64,000 nt of DNA. It comes from Octopus bimaculoides. Lineage: Eukaryota. Positions 24,780-37,350 of the stretch are shown here, in pieces (positions within the stretch are counted from its first letter, which is position 1; each line of letters starts with the position of its first letter). The stretch covers positions 50,344,496-50,408,495 of the forward strand of contig NC_068982.1 in the NCBI RefSeq assembly GCF_001194135.2. The letters are read 5' to 3'. Under the pieces are notes generated by a model, which ran no database searches, was not told where the DNA came from, and saw only the letters and a list, made by a program, of their open reading frames with translations. The position numbers and the translations under genes are program-made.

Positions 24780-25560
24780 AAAAAATAAGTTTCCAATAAT
24801 TTGCTATGGAGAAGATTGTTAAGATTTTACGATCAGAATAGTGATATATTTGAGCTGAATAAAATTACCTGCAAAGAAATGGAATAAAATATTTTATTAA
24901 TGGGACTTATAAAAATGTTTAAACTGGCTAATGCTTTAATGATGCCAATAGATTATGAAAAATGTAATTCTTTTTGTTTTTGAAGTCATGAAAAAAATCT
25001 GATGGTGGAGAAATGTTGTAAATTTGCAATATAATTTTTACAGTTGCTATGAAAAGAATGGAACCGGAGCTGCCAATTTTTGTGGCAGAATTAAAATAAA
25101 AATTGGCTGACTTTTGCTTCAGAGATACAGAGTGTATTATTGAAGACTGATTATGAGTGCACACAAGTATGAAAAATGTGCAACAGACAGTTTTGGAAGA
25201 AATAGACCCAGTACTAGAAATAAGCATTGAAAATTGCTGAAGCAGTCGAGAGAGCTATAGCAAACATTTGAAATTTGCCCAGAGGAAAACTTGAGGCTAT
25301 GCCTGGAAAGAATGATATATTTGATTGGAATCAAAAGGCAAAATTGCCACAGTTTCCAAGCTAAAAATTGTACAAGTGAAAATCAACAAAGGGAAGAATT
25401 AGAGTATAATTTTTGCAATAAAACAGGTAATTTTTGGAATGATTGTAGATTCAAATTAAACCAAAATAGGGTTGGACAATATCAAAAGTATAATCAAAAG
25501 AATTTTTATCGTTAAAATAGAAAATGACCAGTTTTGAGAAATATTAACTCTTATCCTTGT
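24780..25560 (+). pseudogene. Gypsy-type gag relic
   Basis: Decayed ..KIVKFYDQNSDIFE.. and ..ALKIAEAVERA.. segments, followed by Q/N-rich low-complexity coding; resembles Gypsy gag by eye. Confidence 0.4.
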
Positions 25561-26129
25561 GAAATTTTTTTACAAGTCAAAAACTTGATCCTGTAATGAT
25601 TCTTACAAAAAGAAATGAATGACAAAAGAGAAGATTTCTCTAACAAGATTAATATGAATCGTGTGATATCCTGTATTTCAGAACTGGATGTCTGATGCAA
25701 TGCCATCCAGTACTGTCATAGAGAAAGTTAAAAGTTAAATTATTAATAGCAAGTGTAATGAAATCAAGCCTATAAAAAATTCCATTAGAAAATACCAGAC
25801 TATATTCAAATGTGATACTGAAGAGCAATGTCCGAAGCTGGAGCCAGTGAATGATCATAGGTAAGCAAGCCTGAATCAAAATTCAGTTTTTTGTGCTATG
25901 GGCACAAATCAATTTGACCATTCTGACGAAAAGTACAGTATGCTTTTAGCTTTATTGTCTCAGATTGTTGTGTACCATTACATTAAGTTGTCTTCCTTTT
26001 ATGGCCCACTAAAATGTGTTCACAAATGCCCAATGTCTTTCGTATATTATCCTATGTGAAGTAAGTTCTACAGGGGAGTTAATTTGTGTATGTAAATGTT
26101 CTTATTATCTACACTCCCTTAGTTGTCAA

Positions 26130-26330
26130 GCTGACAGAATCAGATCATCCAACAAATTGCATAGTGCCATTTTTTCCAACTTATTAGATTCTGAGTTCAA
26201 ATTCTGCCATGGTCAGTTTTGCCTTCAACACTTTCAGTATCAATAAAATAAATAAGTACCAGCTGAACACTGGCATCAATGTAATTGACTTGCTCTTTCT
26301 CTAAAATTGCTGGCCTTGTGCCAATATCTG
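26130..26330 (+). mobile_element. SINE family B, CpG-decayed
   Basis: GCTGACAGAATC...GAGTTCAAATTCTGCC...TAAGTACCAGCTGAACACTGG. Confidence 0.7.
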
Positions 26331-28039
26331 CAGCCCCCTCATTGCATTTTGTTTATATTTAGAGATTGTGTGAAACAGCTAGTTCAAATTACACCCTGAG
26401 AGTATTTTGAGTGAAAGTTTTCAGATTGTTTTTATTTTCCAGTGAAAAATGAAGTTAACTTCAATGAATTTCAAATTATGTATTTAACCCAAGAAAATTT
26501 CTGGATGACACCACAGATAATCTCTAGCAAAATAAATGCATTTACTGGTTCTTGTTTTGTTCATTCTGTAGTTTGAAATATCAAGTTGTTCTGACAGAAG
26601 TTTAAATGAACGTTGTACACACTTGATATTAGTACTGAACCAACTTAACAGTCCATTGTAAATGTCGTCGCCACTGCTGTTATTACTTATTTTTACTGTT
26701 AATATTCTTGACATTGTCTGTGGTCTGTGTTTTCATATGTGGGAAATTTGAAATCAGAGGCTTCCAGTTTCAATCGATAGTTTGGTGGTTCTTTCAAATT
26801 CTGAATCAAACCCTCTGAGTTATCTGTAAAATTCTTTATATTTAATATTTAATAATACTGATAATAATAAATACATTCTGATGAAATTACCAATCCCAAG
26901 TTGCAAATATAAATAATATTGGTCAGATGACACTATCTCCTTAGATTAGTATAAATCTTTTCCTTAGGGAATGCAATTATCAACTATTATAGTGTTAACT
27001 TTCCTGTTGGTGGTGGGTGTCACAGAAATTGAGATATTATCCTATTAAATGCTAATCTTAGGCATGAGTGTGAAAAGTCAACTTATCATTTATCCATTAA
27101 GGTTTCCATGGTGACAGATCAACTAGTAGTGCAAGAACATCAAAACTTTTTTTTACATCAGCCATAATCACCCATTTGTTTCTTTTATTTATTTTATTTT
27201 CTTATTTACTGTTCTTACTAAGTTAACCAACTGGGAATAAGTCTGTTGGCCTCTAAATACAGGATAGCAAAATACCATTCATGAAGATGTTAAAATTTAT
27301 GGTAAAATACTTAAAGGATTTTGTAAAATCACATCTTACTTGCATACAAATATTGTGTTTTTGTGATGCTTCCAAGTTTTGCAATCAAGAACTCTTTGTA
27401 ATGAATTTTATCTTAATTCAATATATAGTCTTGGAGTTTCTTCTCTTTTTTCTTCTTTACTACTTAGCAGTACCGCTGACAATTTTCAGGGCTCCTGACT
27501 CTGATGAGAAGTTATCCTCAGATCAGAAACCTGCCTTGAATGCTTGCTACCAAATATCTCTACCAAAGGCATTCAAAGACCAAGTGGTAAGGTTCAACCA
27601 GATGATGGAGTGAATTTGGTCTATTATACAGTGGAGTTTAGGACTTGCTTTTGGAAATGTTGATATATTTGTTGAAACTTTTACTGTAGTCTTCCCAGTT
27701 ATCTTGTACCAATCATAGTGACTAATTTTAAAGCTATCATATCTAATGAACCTACAAAAGCACATGCACAGGTTTACCTAACCTGCTGGCTATGAAATCT
27801 TAAATCTTAGAACTGCAGAATCAAGACTAACCTGGAGTTAAACAAACGTTGTCATTGCTTATTATTTGATAGTTTGGAATTCATGACCCATAAAAACTAA
27901 TGTTTAATTTGTTTGTGTTTTAATGATTACATCAAAATTACTTGGATGAGGGAACAAATACCAAGCATCTTTCTACTTATATTTGAATTAAGAGACTACT
28001 TGCTGTGGAATTAAGGTTTAGTTGTCTTGTGAGTTACTT

Positions 28040-28250
28040 TGTGACCTCACTAGTACAGGTAGCACGAAAAAAAAAAAAAGCAGCTTGTACATTCTGTAAG
28101 ATGGTTGGCTTTAGAAAACGCATCCATCTATTGAAGACTGTCAAAATTGACTTTAAAGTTTGCCACAGTCTCTAGACTTGATGGATCCTGTTGAAGCTTA
28201 CCACCCATGCCAGCATGGATGACAGACGTTAAATGATGATGATGATACTA
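28040..28250 (+). mobile_element. family E element
   Basis: Ends ACCCATGCCAGCATGGATGACAGACGTTAAATGATGATGATGAT. Confidence 0.65.
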
Positions 28251-28562
28251 TCAGGTTAATGAACTGATTGGAATCATTGTTTCATCATATTTTTTTCTAA
28301 ATTCATTCTCTGAAATTGAAATTATTCCACATTGTATCAGTTCTGTGCATTTCCACAATGGTAACTACTTTAACATTCTAAGAATGCAAAACCACCTTAC
28401 AAATAGGTGTAGACTAGGCTGTATGGTAAGAAGTTTGCTTTCAACCACATGGTTCTGGACTCAGTTGCACTGTGTGGTACAATGGGCAAGTATATTATCT
28501 GCAAAATAGATTTTATATATGTATGTACAGCCATATAGTTATAGCTTGCATATGGATATGTA

Positions 28563-29439
28563 TGAGGTCTGATCAATAGGTATCCGGACTGTTCCCATAG
28601 TAACGAAGCTAAAGCATAGAGAGAGTGAAGACAATTAACACAAATTGACCTTGAACTCTGTGCACTAAGTTTTAACAGAGTAGTTCACTTCTGCAGTTTA
28701 CAGCAGTGCTTGGAAGAAAGGTGTGTTGTATGTGATTGTTGCATTGACCATGACAGAGAAAGTTATCATGACAATACCTTCTCAGATGCCTACGCAGAAT
28801 TGCAGAAAATGTATGGAGAGGAGTGTATGAGCTGCACACAAGTCTATGAGTGGTTCAGATGTTTTGAAAATGACCGAAAAAATGTCAATATTGACAAACG
28901 TTCTGGGAGACCCACAACCAGCAGAACTGAGAAAAACATCGCAGTTGTGAGGGGACATCACTGAATCACCATCCGTGGGTGATCAGAGGACATGCAGATT
29001 AGTTAGGGTTCAGTTCATACCATTATCCTTGAAGATTTGGGTATGAGACATGTGTCTGCCAAGTTTGTGCCAAAACTGCTTTCAGCTGACCAAAAGGACA
29101 CTTGGGTTTCAGTTGCACAAGATCTCTTTGATTGTGTTGAGAACGATGAAAACTTTTTGAAAACTTTGTGTAGGCCTCTGAGCAGGTATTGCCAAGCTTT
29201 TGGCAAAATTTGATGCAGATTCTCTATTCAACTTTTTCTATCATTGTCAATGTGATGATCATGCACTGCACCACTTTCCTTCCAAGCACTGCTGTAAACA
29301 GCACAAGTGAGCTAGAATGTTAAAACTTAGTGGACCTGCACAACTGAGTTCAAGGTCAATCTGTACTAAGTGGCTTCACTCTCCATGCTTTAGCTTCATT
29401 ACTATGGCAACAGTCCAGATACTTATTGATAAGACCACA
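28563..29439 (+). mobile_element. mariner relic built from two inverted 5' ends, with transposase N-terminal remnants
   Basis: + strand: AYAELQKMYGEECMSCTQVYEWFRCF..KRSGRPTTSRTEKN..LGMRHVSAKFVPKLLSADQK (HTH and WVPH-like region). - strand from the right end: MIEKVE*RICIKFCQKLGNTCSEAYTK. Confidence 0.9.
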
Positions 29440-30099
29440 TGTGAATGGTAGATTAACTCAAGAAAACAAATTCATAATCTCAATTGAGTTGTTGGATTGA
29501 TACAATCTAACTCTTGCCTATAATATTTAAAGCAAAAGTAAAGCCATATAGTTTGAATACCAAGATAGATGAAAATATATATTTATTCTTATAAATACAG
29601 TGGAACCCCAGTTTACATATACCTCTCATCAAGAACAAATCAGTTTAGGAATAATTTTTCAAACAATTTGTCTCATGTGACAAACGTTGTCTGGAGTAAT
29701 GAACACATAAGCTGGCAACAAGCTGTGTATCAGCAGGAGAGCATCAGTTGCTATCTAGCTTTCACTCAGTGCACATCCCTATTTGAATTCACCATGTCTT
29801 CTCTTGATTTTCCCCACCGGAAAAATAGTTTTGGTTTACAACCATTTTCGGTGACAACCTTCAGGAATGAATTAAATTTGTAAACCAAAGTTCCTCTGTA
29901 CTTTGGCTATATAATAAATCAAGACTGATGAAAATATATTTATACTCATAAATACCTTGGCTATATTTTATAGTTTTGTTCTCTCTGCCCCCACTCTTCA
30001 AATACAGTTTTGTAAGCTTAATAACTTTACTTAAATTGCCTCCCTCTTTAAAAGCCATGAGAATTTAATATCAATTTGTGGTTGAATTTTTATTCTATT

Positions 30100-30505
30100 T
30101 ACTCTTTTACTCTTTTACTTGTTTCAGTCTTTTGACTGTGGCCATGCTGGAGCACCGCCTTTAGTCGAGCAAATCGACCCCAGGACTTATTCTTTGGAAA
30201 CCTAGTACTTATTCTATCGGTCTCTATTGCCGAACCGCTAAGTTACGGGGACATGAACACACCAGCATCGGTTGTCAAGCGATGTTGGGGGACAAACACA
30301 GACATACAAACACATACACACACACACATATATATATATACATATATACGACAGGCTTCTTTCAGTTTCCGTCTACCAAATCCACTCACAAGGCTTTGGT
30401 CGGCCCGAGGCTATAGTAGAAGACACTTGCCCAAGATGCCACGCAGTGGGACTGAACCCGGGACCATGTGGTTGGTAAGCAAGCTACTTACCACACAGCC
30501 ACTCC
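30100..30505 (-). mobile_element. SINE family A, near full-length young copy
   Basis: Complete head, internal microsatellite and tail; many CpGs retained. Confidence 0.9.
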
Positions 30506-30644
30506 TACGCCTATTTATTTATTTATTTTAGAATTATAAGTGACATTTACAAGAATTAAGTTTAACTGCCTGTATATAGTGCAGTAGTAGTATTTTATTC
30601 AGTTTTAAAAAGTTTTCCTAACTGAAAACTAAAAATGGATTATT

Positions 30645-30684
<40 letters not shown>

Positions 30685-31533
30685 CCATCCATATATTGAC
30701 ACTGACAAACTAGCTTCACTCGTTGGAAAGATGTCAAGTCTAATCCAATTAAGAAATATTGGCTTGTACATAGCTTGTTGCTGAGATCCTTATCATGAGA
30801 TTTAACTTCTCCAAAACAGTCTCTAAAAATTGTTTCTTTTTTTTTCGTAGCTGAAATTCTCTGCTTGGGGAAAATGGCATTCCTTTTAATTTATTTTATC
30901 TTAGATAATAAAAAGAACTACAGGATTACAGTTCCTTTTGTCTTTTTTTTTTTTTTGTTATTAATTTTCTTGATGACTTCCTTGTAAGTAACTCTGTCAA
31001 AACTGTCAGTGCCATTCTTCAGTTCTATACATGCCTTTATGCCTTTACCAATAAATTGTCTCATTTTGTCTTGTGACTGTCTTGCAGATACACTGTTTTA
31101 GATGGAAATCTTTTAGTATTTTACATTAAATCATTTTTTTAAATCTTATTTTTGTTTAATTTTTTTGATTTTATGTAACACTTCCTTGAAAATCAGATGA
31201 CTTGATAAAGTGTAATGATAATAATGATGATAATAATAATAATAAATAATAGTAATAATAATAAACATTGTGAAATTATTTAAGCACTAATATGAACATA
31301 TTTTTTCCATTTACTAATTAATTAATACTATTTAAGCTTAATAATGTGCAAAATTGATTAAATTCTTTAACAGTTTGTTATATTCAAATTCTTGGCTCGT
31401 TAAAAAATACTATTTTCAATTACCAGAATTTTTTTCAAAGAGAATTAACCAGAAATTCCTGAGATTTAGTAGAAATTTACCAAAATAACTAATTAGTATT
31501 ATTTTTTCTGTAGTAATATTAGCTTTTCATTTC

Positions 31534-31584
<51 letters not shown>

Positions 31585-31917
31585 AATATGTATTAATTTT
31601 TGACATACACAGAACTATGTGTGTCAAAAACTTATAGAATTATCTATATTAATAATAATAGTAATAATGATAATAATTTTGCTAGAATATATACACACAT
31701 ATAGTGTATTAGTTTTTGACACCCACATGCATGTTTGTATTTGTGTTAGAAAACTAATAGAATTATATCTAAAATAATTACACAAATTACTCTGCATCTA
31801 TACCAATTATTATTTTATTTATTGTTATATTTCAGTGATAAACTAATAAATGAAATGCTTCTGGTATTTAGAGAGTAATGCCACAAATATTTGCTATTAA
31901 GCTAATAATAACTAATT

Positions 31918-32040
31918 ATGGAGGCGTGTTGCTTAGTGGTTAGGGTTAGGGTTAGGGTGTTGGACTCAGAGTTGTAAGATTCTGATCTCAATTCCTGGAC
32001 TGAGTGACGTGTTGTGTTTTTGAGTAAAGCACTAACCTTC
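31918..32040 (+). mobile_element. tRNA-derived SINE head with (TTAGGG)3 expansion
   Basis: GGAGGCGTGTTGCTTAGTGG(TTAGGG)3TGTTGGACTC..CAATTCC; related to the family C head. Confidence 0.6.
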
Positions 32041-33729
32041 AGATTGAACATATGACCATAGAAAATCTACCTCAGCAAATTCTGTCTAACCCATGCAAGC
32101 ATGGACATTACATTGTTGATGATGATACCCAAATTAATGAGAATAATAAATTATATTATCTGCTTCCTTTGAAGCTGGAAATGGATCAGGAAAGAGAAGT
32201 TTTACCTGACAAGTCCCAAGGTAGTATAGAGTAATGATCTCTTGATACTGGGATTAGCAGTGAATACAGAAATAAGCAATCCTTGACTAAACACAGCCTG
32301 TCTTTGTTTGACAAAGACTAACATCAAACACCCAGCAGGTCTGGCTGTGAGAAACAGCATGGTAAGTGTGCTGTCTTATTGAAAGAGTCATACACCTTCT
32401 GATGATCACATTCACAATGATGGGCCAAGATCCTAGCTGTTGACTTCACAGAGAAATTTTTGTGACGTCAACTACCAGGATCACCCACTACCCCCAAATG
32501 TATTTTGGTAACATTTATATGCTTGGTAACTTACACTGGAATCATGTCTTCATCCTGCATCACCTAACACATGGATTAACCAAGTGTGTGTTCTGTTGTT
32601 TCTTATATGTGGGTCAATATTCAAATACTCTGCTACAGAGCCATCTAAAAGCATTCTTTAATGCTACATTTAAAAAGAAAAAAAAATGGAACCTATATAA
32701 GATGGCAGTTCTGGTAGATATAACAAGCTACCCCACACCACACAACACATACTTCCACTAACAGAAAAATGCACCTTGGATAATATAGTCCTGGATACAC
32801 AATGTCTAGAAAAAAAAAAGTAAAAAGATTTTGATGATGAAGTCTTTACTGATTAGAGGTCTGACCTGTGGCTAAGGAACAAGAAGTATTTCCCTATTGA
32901 GATATCTGAGCATATCATTTTACATAGAATCAACTTTGTTATCTGATTTTATGTTTTGAACAAAAGCTAATTATCCAAGTAATTTATTTCCTATTGTTTC
33001 AAAGTCGCCAGCTTAAAAGTTTTTTGTATAAATACTAGTCTTTTGCTATCCTACTTACTACATACATATAAAAGGCTGTGAAGCTGTAATCACGTATTGT
33101 TTAATATTCTTTAGAATTTACATCTTACTATTAAGAGGGAAAAAAAACTATCAAATGGAACAAATATGATTTTATTTCACATTCCACACTTTTGTAAGTT
33201 GTTTCACTTTGTAATACATTATTTTGTTTATAAGTATAATTGTATTTATTTTGATTTTTTTCAGTGCTTATTGCTTTTAAATTAGCATTATTTAATTTGT
33301 TCTCTCATTTTCATGTTGCTTTTCTAAGAAATTTAATTTTTGATTAATTAAATGATTTGTATGTTTTCATTTGACACAGATTTTATTTCTTTATTTCTTC
33401 TGTCTAGTTCTTGTTGTTCAAACCCTGGCTGAGCAGACTTGTGATCAAAAGAATTCTAACTATAGCCAAATAGTCTTTTCAGACATAGTTTATCTCAAAC
33501 TACTGTATCCTATACACCTTCTCTGTTTTTTTGAAAGATGTTATAGAGAGATTTAACTGCTGTTTCTGGTAGGTAGAGCTACCATGTAGAGGTACCCTCA
33601 CTGGTTTGTTTAAAGGCTAAATATAACAAGCAGTGAGTAAGGAACACATTTTACCCTAATATATGAGAAATTGCATAATGCTCAGTAGTTAAAATAATAA
33701 ATTTAGGATATATTTTTTTGCTCATGAAT

Positions 33730-34060
33730 GCTAATTCTTTCTTCTATAGGTACAAGGCCTAAAATTTTGTTGCGAGGAGTTAGTCAGTTACATTCACCTA
33801 AATACCAGTTGAGCTCTGGAATCAATATAATCAACTAACCCCCTCCTGCAAATTAACAGGCCTTGCACCAAATTTTGAAACAAAGGCGGAAGCTGGGAAA
33901 AAAGCTTAATGGCATCTCTTCTGGTTTTACTGTCTGAGTTCAAATTTCACCAAGGTCAACTTGCCCTTTCATCAATTTCAGGGTCAATTTAATACTAGGA
34001 ACAATGTGATTGACTAGCACCCTCCCCACAAAATTTTAGACCTTGTGCCTATAATAGAAT
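33730..34060. mobile_element. two family-B SINE fragments in opposite orientation
   Basis: Tail-like motifs at 33730-33870 and a head-to-tail copy at 33885-34060. Confidence 0.55.
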
Positions 34061-34185
34061 TATTATCATTATTATTTGGGTGGTTAAGTAGCAAGTTTTT
34101 TTTACAGTTAAGAAAGGAAAATGGATTCTCCAAAGTACAAGTGGAAATCCATTGAAATTCAAATTGCTTTGTCTTTACACTTTAA

Positions 34186-34375
34186 CCCTTATCAAATGTA
34201 TTACTTATTTATTTACATTGTTTTGGATTAATTGTGGCTTCAAGAGATCAATGATGTGATCATTTATTTTTAGTATGACATTATAGGTTGGGTGTGAGTG
34301 GCCAGATCTAAACAATTTGAACATGAAAGAGGTACAATATCTGGGCTGGATATGGCTAGTTTAAATGATAAAAGA
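34186..34375 (-). mobile_element. piggyBac-type MITE (family D)
   Basis: TTAA flanks and CCCTT..-type ends; homologous to 54906-55125 and 59576-60200. Confidence 0.6.
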
Positions 34376-34399
34376 TTAAGCATTATAAGGAGTTTCAGA

Positions 34400-35100
34400 A
34401 ACAGATGCCTATTTGAACCTCCATATGGCAACTGCAGTTGGGTTTATAAAGTAAAATAATCCAAGGATTGCAAAAATGTTTGAAATATAGCTACTGGTGC
34501 TGGAGTCGAAGCTTGCAGGATAACCAAACATTTGGAGAAATGGTTCATAGAGTAAGGTGGAGCAGGCAATATGTGAAAGTATTGAATGTATTGCCCAAGA
34601 ATGTTGCTGGATTATAAATATTTACATATGTATTTAAGCTGCCAAGCACTGATGCCATTGGACATTTGAAATGGCTTGCTGTAACTGGTAAATAAGTTCT
34701 GTTGTCTAGCTTATGTAATTGGTTCTGAAAGGAGAGTTAGCGATAGCATAGGGAGTTGAGTTTATAGAGGCTGAAAAAATTAACAAACTGCTGCATATGT
34801 TTGAAATAAATGAAAGGGATTCTGTTGCTATTCAAAAGGTTAAATATATTAAGAATGTCAGGAGTGTAGTGGAGCATAGCAGATTTGCACTAATTAGAGA
34901 GTTAATAACTTCAGTATGATTAATTGAAAATGTAATGGGAACTTGAGTGGTATGTTTAAGCAAATGAGTTGTCAAAAGTACATAAACATCTAAAGTATCA
35001 CTTACCATATCCATAAGAGATGACTGTTAATACCAGTAAGATTAAATGAAAAAAATCTTGGTAAAGGGTAGGAATCCTAGCTGCTATAAATGCTGGTCTT
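34400..35100 (-). mobile_element. CR1/Jockey-like LINE relic
   Basis: Decayed coding-like minus strand, similar in character to 48700-49900. Confidence 0.3.
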
Positions 35101-35304
35101 CGCAATCTCTGAGCAATTTCATAGATATAACTTCATAAACTCATGAATTCCTTTGTAGAGCTAGTTCTGATCCATTTGCTCACCTGCAAAGCTCAAGCAA
35201 AACCTCAACAGGAGTATTATTCCTATATATATATATATATATATGGAGGTGGGGGCAGTGTTACTGCCTACATATATTAACATGATAAACTGAACCAGAC
35301 ATTG

Positions 35305-35650
35305 TTAAGAAGCCTATTTCCCAACCATGTGGTCTTGGGTTCAGTCCCACAGTGTGGCACCTTGGACAAGTGTCTTCTACTATATCCATAACCAAAGCCT
35401 TGTGAATATATTTAGAGGATGGAAACTGTGTGTGTGCATGCATGCATGTATGCATATGTTTTGTGTTTGTCCTGCACAACCACTTGACAACAGGTGTTGG
35501 TTTGTTTATGCCCCCATAACTTAGTGGTTTATCAAAAAGAAACTAATAGAATAAGTATCAGGCTTTAAAAAAGTAAGTACTGGGGGTGGGGTCAAGGCAG
35601 TGCCCCAGCATGGCCACACTTCGATGACTGAAACAATAAAAGATTAAAAA
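35305..35650 (+). mobile_element. SINE family A, CpG-decayed
   Basis: CCCAACCATGTGGTCTTGGGTTCAGTCCCACAGTGTGGCACCTTGG...CAGCATGGCCAC..GACTGAAAC. Confidence 0.85.
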
Positions 35651-35964
35651 GAAAATTTTTTTTTTAAATAACATAGAGATATTCAACTGAAGAGGACAGA
35701 TTCAGTCACCAACCAGCTTCAGATCTGTTATCTCAGAAGATGCTGTTTTATCTCTGTTTTGAACCCATGTTTCCTTATAACCATGTCCTTTGTCTCATTT
35801 CTCTGGATACTGCACTAAATGCATAGCCCAGTCCTTTCCACTCATGACCAACACCTCTAGAATTCCCTCTGTCCTTGTTTTCCCACAGACACTGTTTTAC
35901 AGATGTTCAAACTCAACATCAACCATATGATTCATTTCATCTGTCTTGTATAACTTGCAAATGT

Positions 35965-36300
35965 GAAGGTACATGGCTCAGTGGTCAGAGCATCAGGTTA
36001 GAGCATGAGGTAGTGAGTTCAGTTCCTGGACTGGGGATGTGTGTTGTGTTCTTGAGCAAGACACTTTATTTCACATTGCTCACTCAGCTGTAGAAATGAG
36101 TTGCGACATCACAGGGGCCAAGCTGTGTCAGCCTTTGCCTTTCCCTTGGACAACATTGGTGGTGTGGAGAGGGGAGGCTGGAATGCAAGGACGACTGCTG
36201 GCCTTCCATTAACAACAGCCTTGCCCAGACTTGTGCTTCAGAGGGGAACTTTCTAGGTGCAATCCCATGGTCATTCATGACTGAAGGGTGTCTTTACCTT
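35965..36300 (+). mobile_element. tRNA-derived SINE, further family
   Basis: A box TGGCTCAGTGG, B box GAGTTCAGTTCC, then CTTGAGCAAGACACTT and about 250 bp of body. Confidence 0.7.
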
Positions 36301-36379
36301 TTATATAGCTTGCAATGGTGAAGAACAATGTCAGTTCTGACTGTTATTATTTTTTTTTTAAATCATGAATAAATATAGG

Positions 36380-37350
36380 TGCAAGCATGGCAGTGTAGTA
36401 AGAAGCTTGCTTCCCAACCACATGGTTCCAGGTTCAGTCCTGCTGTGTGGCACCTTGGGCAAGTAGCTTCTGCTATATCTTTGGACTGACCTAAGCCTTG
36501 AGTGGATTTGATAGACAGAAACTGAAAGAAGCCTGTCATATAAATACATATATATATATATGTCTGTGTGTGTGCATTTGTGTATCTTTGTGTCTGTGTT
36601 TGTCCCCCCACCACCGTTCCACAACTGGTGTTGGTTTGTTTGTCCCTGTAGCTTAGCGGTTTGGCAAAAAGAGTCCAATAGAATAAGTTCCAGGGTCGAT
36701 TCATCGGATCTATTTTAAAACGGGGGCCACATTTTTCATTAATGTTTTACGTAGTGTTTTTGGTACCGAAAGACTTTCAAACTTCATATACTTATCTATT
36801 TTGTGTTATAGAACAGAAAAATATTTTTGTATTCGAATTTATTTCATGTAAAAAATTGTCTTATTTCGATAATTTCAACCAATCACTGACAAGTATTCAG
36901 TTGTTTACATTTACTCCTTTGGCTGATTAAGCGATGTAAAGCGTATTTAATCTCCATACCTTCGTTTTATTTGCTTTTTTCATTTTAAATTTGCTTTAAC
37001 CCTAACCCTAACCCTAACCTTAGGGTTAGGGTTAATTGTTTCAGAATCGTTTGTTTATGTAGTCGGCACTTAATGTATATCGGCTGAATGGACATCAGTG
37101 ATTGGTTGAAATTACAGAAATACAACTTTAACATGGAATAACTTAGGGATTTCTTTTTTTTTTAAGAAGACTAAGAGAAAAAGATGTTTTATATGACGCA
37201 TTCTACCAGTGTTCCAAGTTTCAAAGTGTTTCGTTAATGAAAAATGTGGCCCCCCGTTTTAAAAAAGATCCGATTCATCTAACTAAAAGTTCTCCTTGGC
37301 AGTGCCCTAGCATGACCACAATCTAATGACTGAAACAGATAAAAGAATAT
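36380..37350 (+). mobile_element. SINE family A interrupted by a MITE at 36706-37271
   Basis: Removing the MITE and one GATTCATC restores the family-A tail. Confidence 0.85.
36706..37271. mobile_element. 566-bp fold-back MITE with telomeric-repeat core and 8-bp TSD
   Basis: TSD GATTCATC (36698-36705, 37272-37279); about 38-bp TIR GGATCT[A/T]TTTTAAAACGGGGGCCACATTTTTCATTAA; inner AATTTCAACCAATCACTGA inverted repeat; centre (TAACCC)3..(TTAGGG)2. Confidence 0.9.

Noticed and set aside
27490-27535. CTGATGA...GAAA spacing resembling a hammerhead
   Set aside because: No stem II closing next to the core and no stem I or cleavage triplet; it is just a short inverted repeat.
33371-33556. ORF MTQILFLYFFCLVLVVQTLAEQTC.. 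resembling a signal peptide or alternative first exon
   Set aside because: It starts at TTG, has no suitable phase-1 donor, and lies in T-rich intron plus repeat fragment.
35677-35730. CTGAAGAGGAC..GTC possible hammerhead remnant (similar case at 63064)
   Set aside because: GAAA core and stems I and III are absent.
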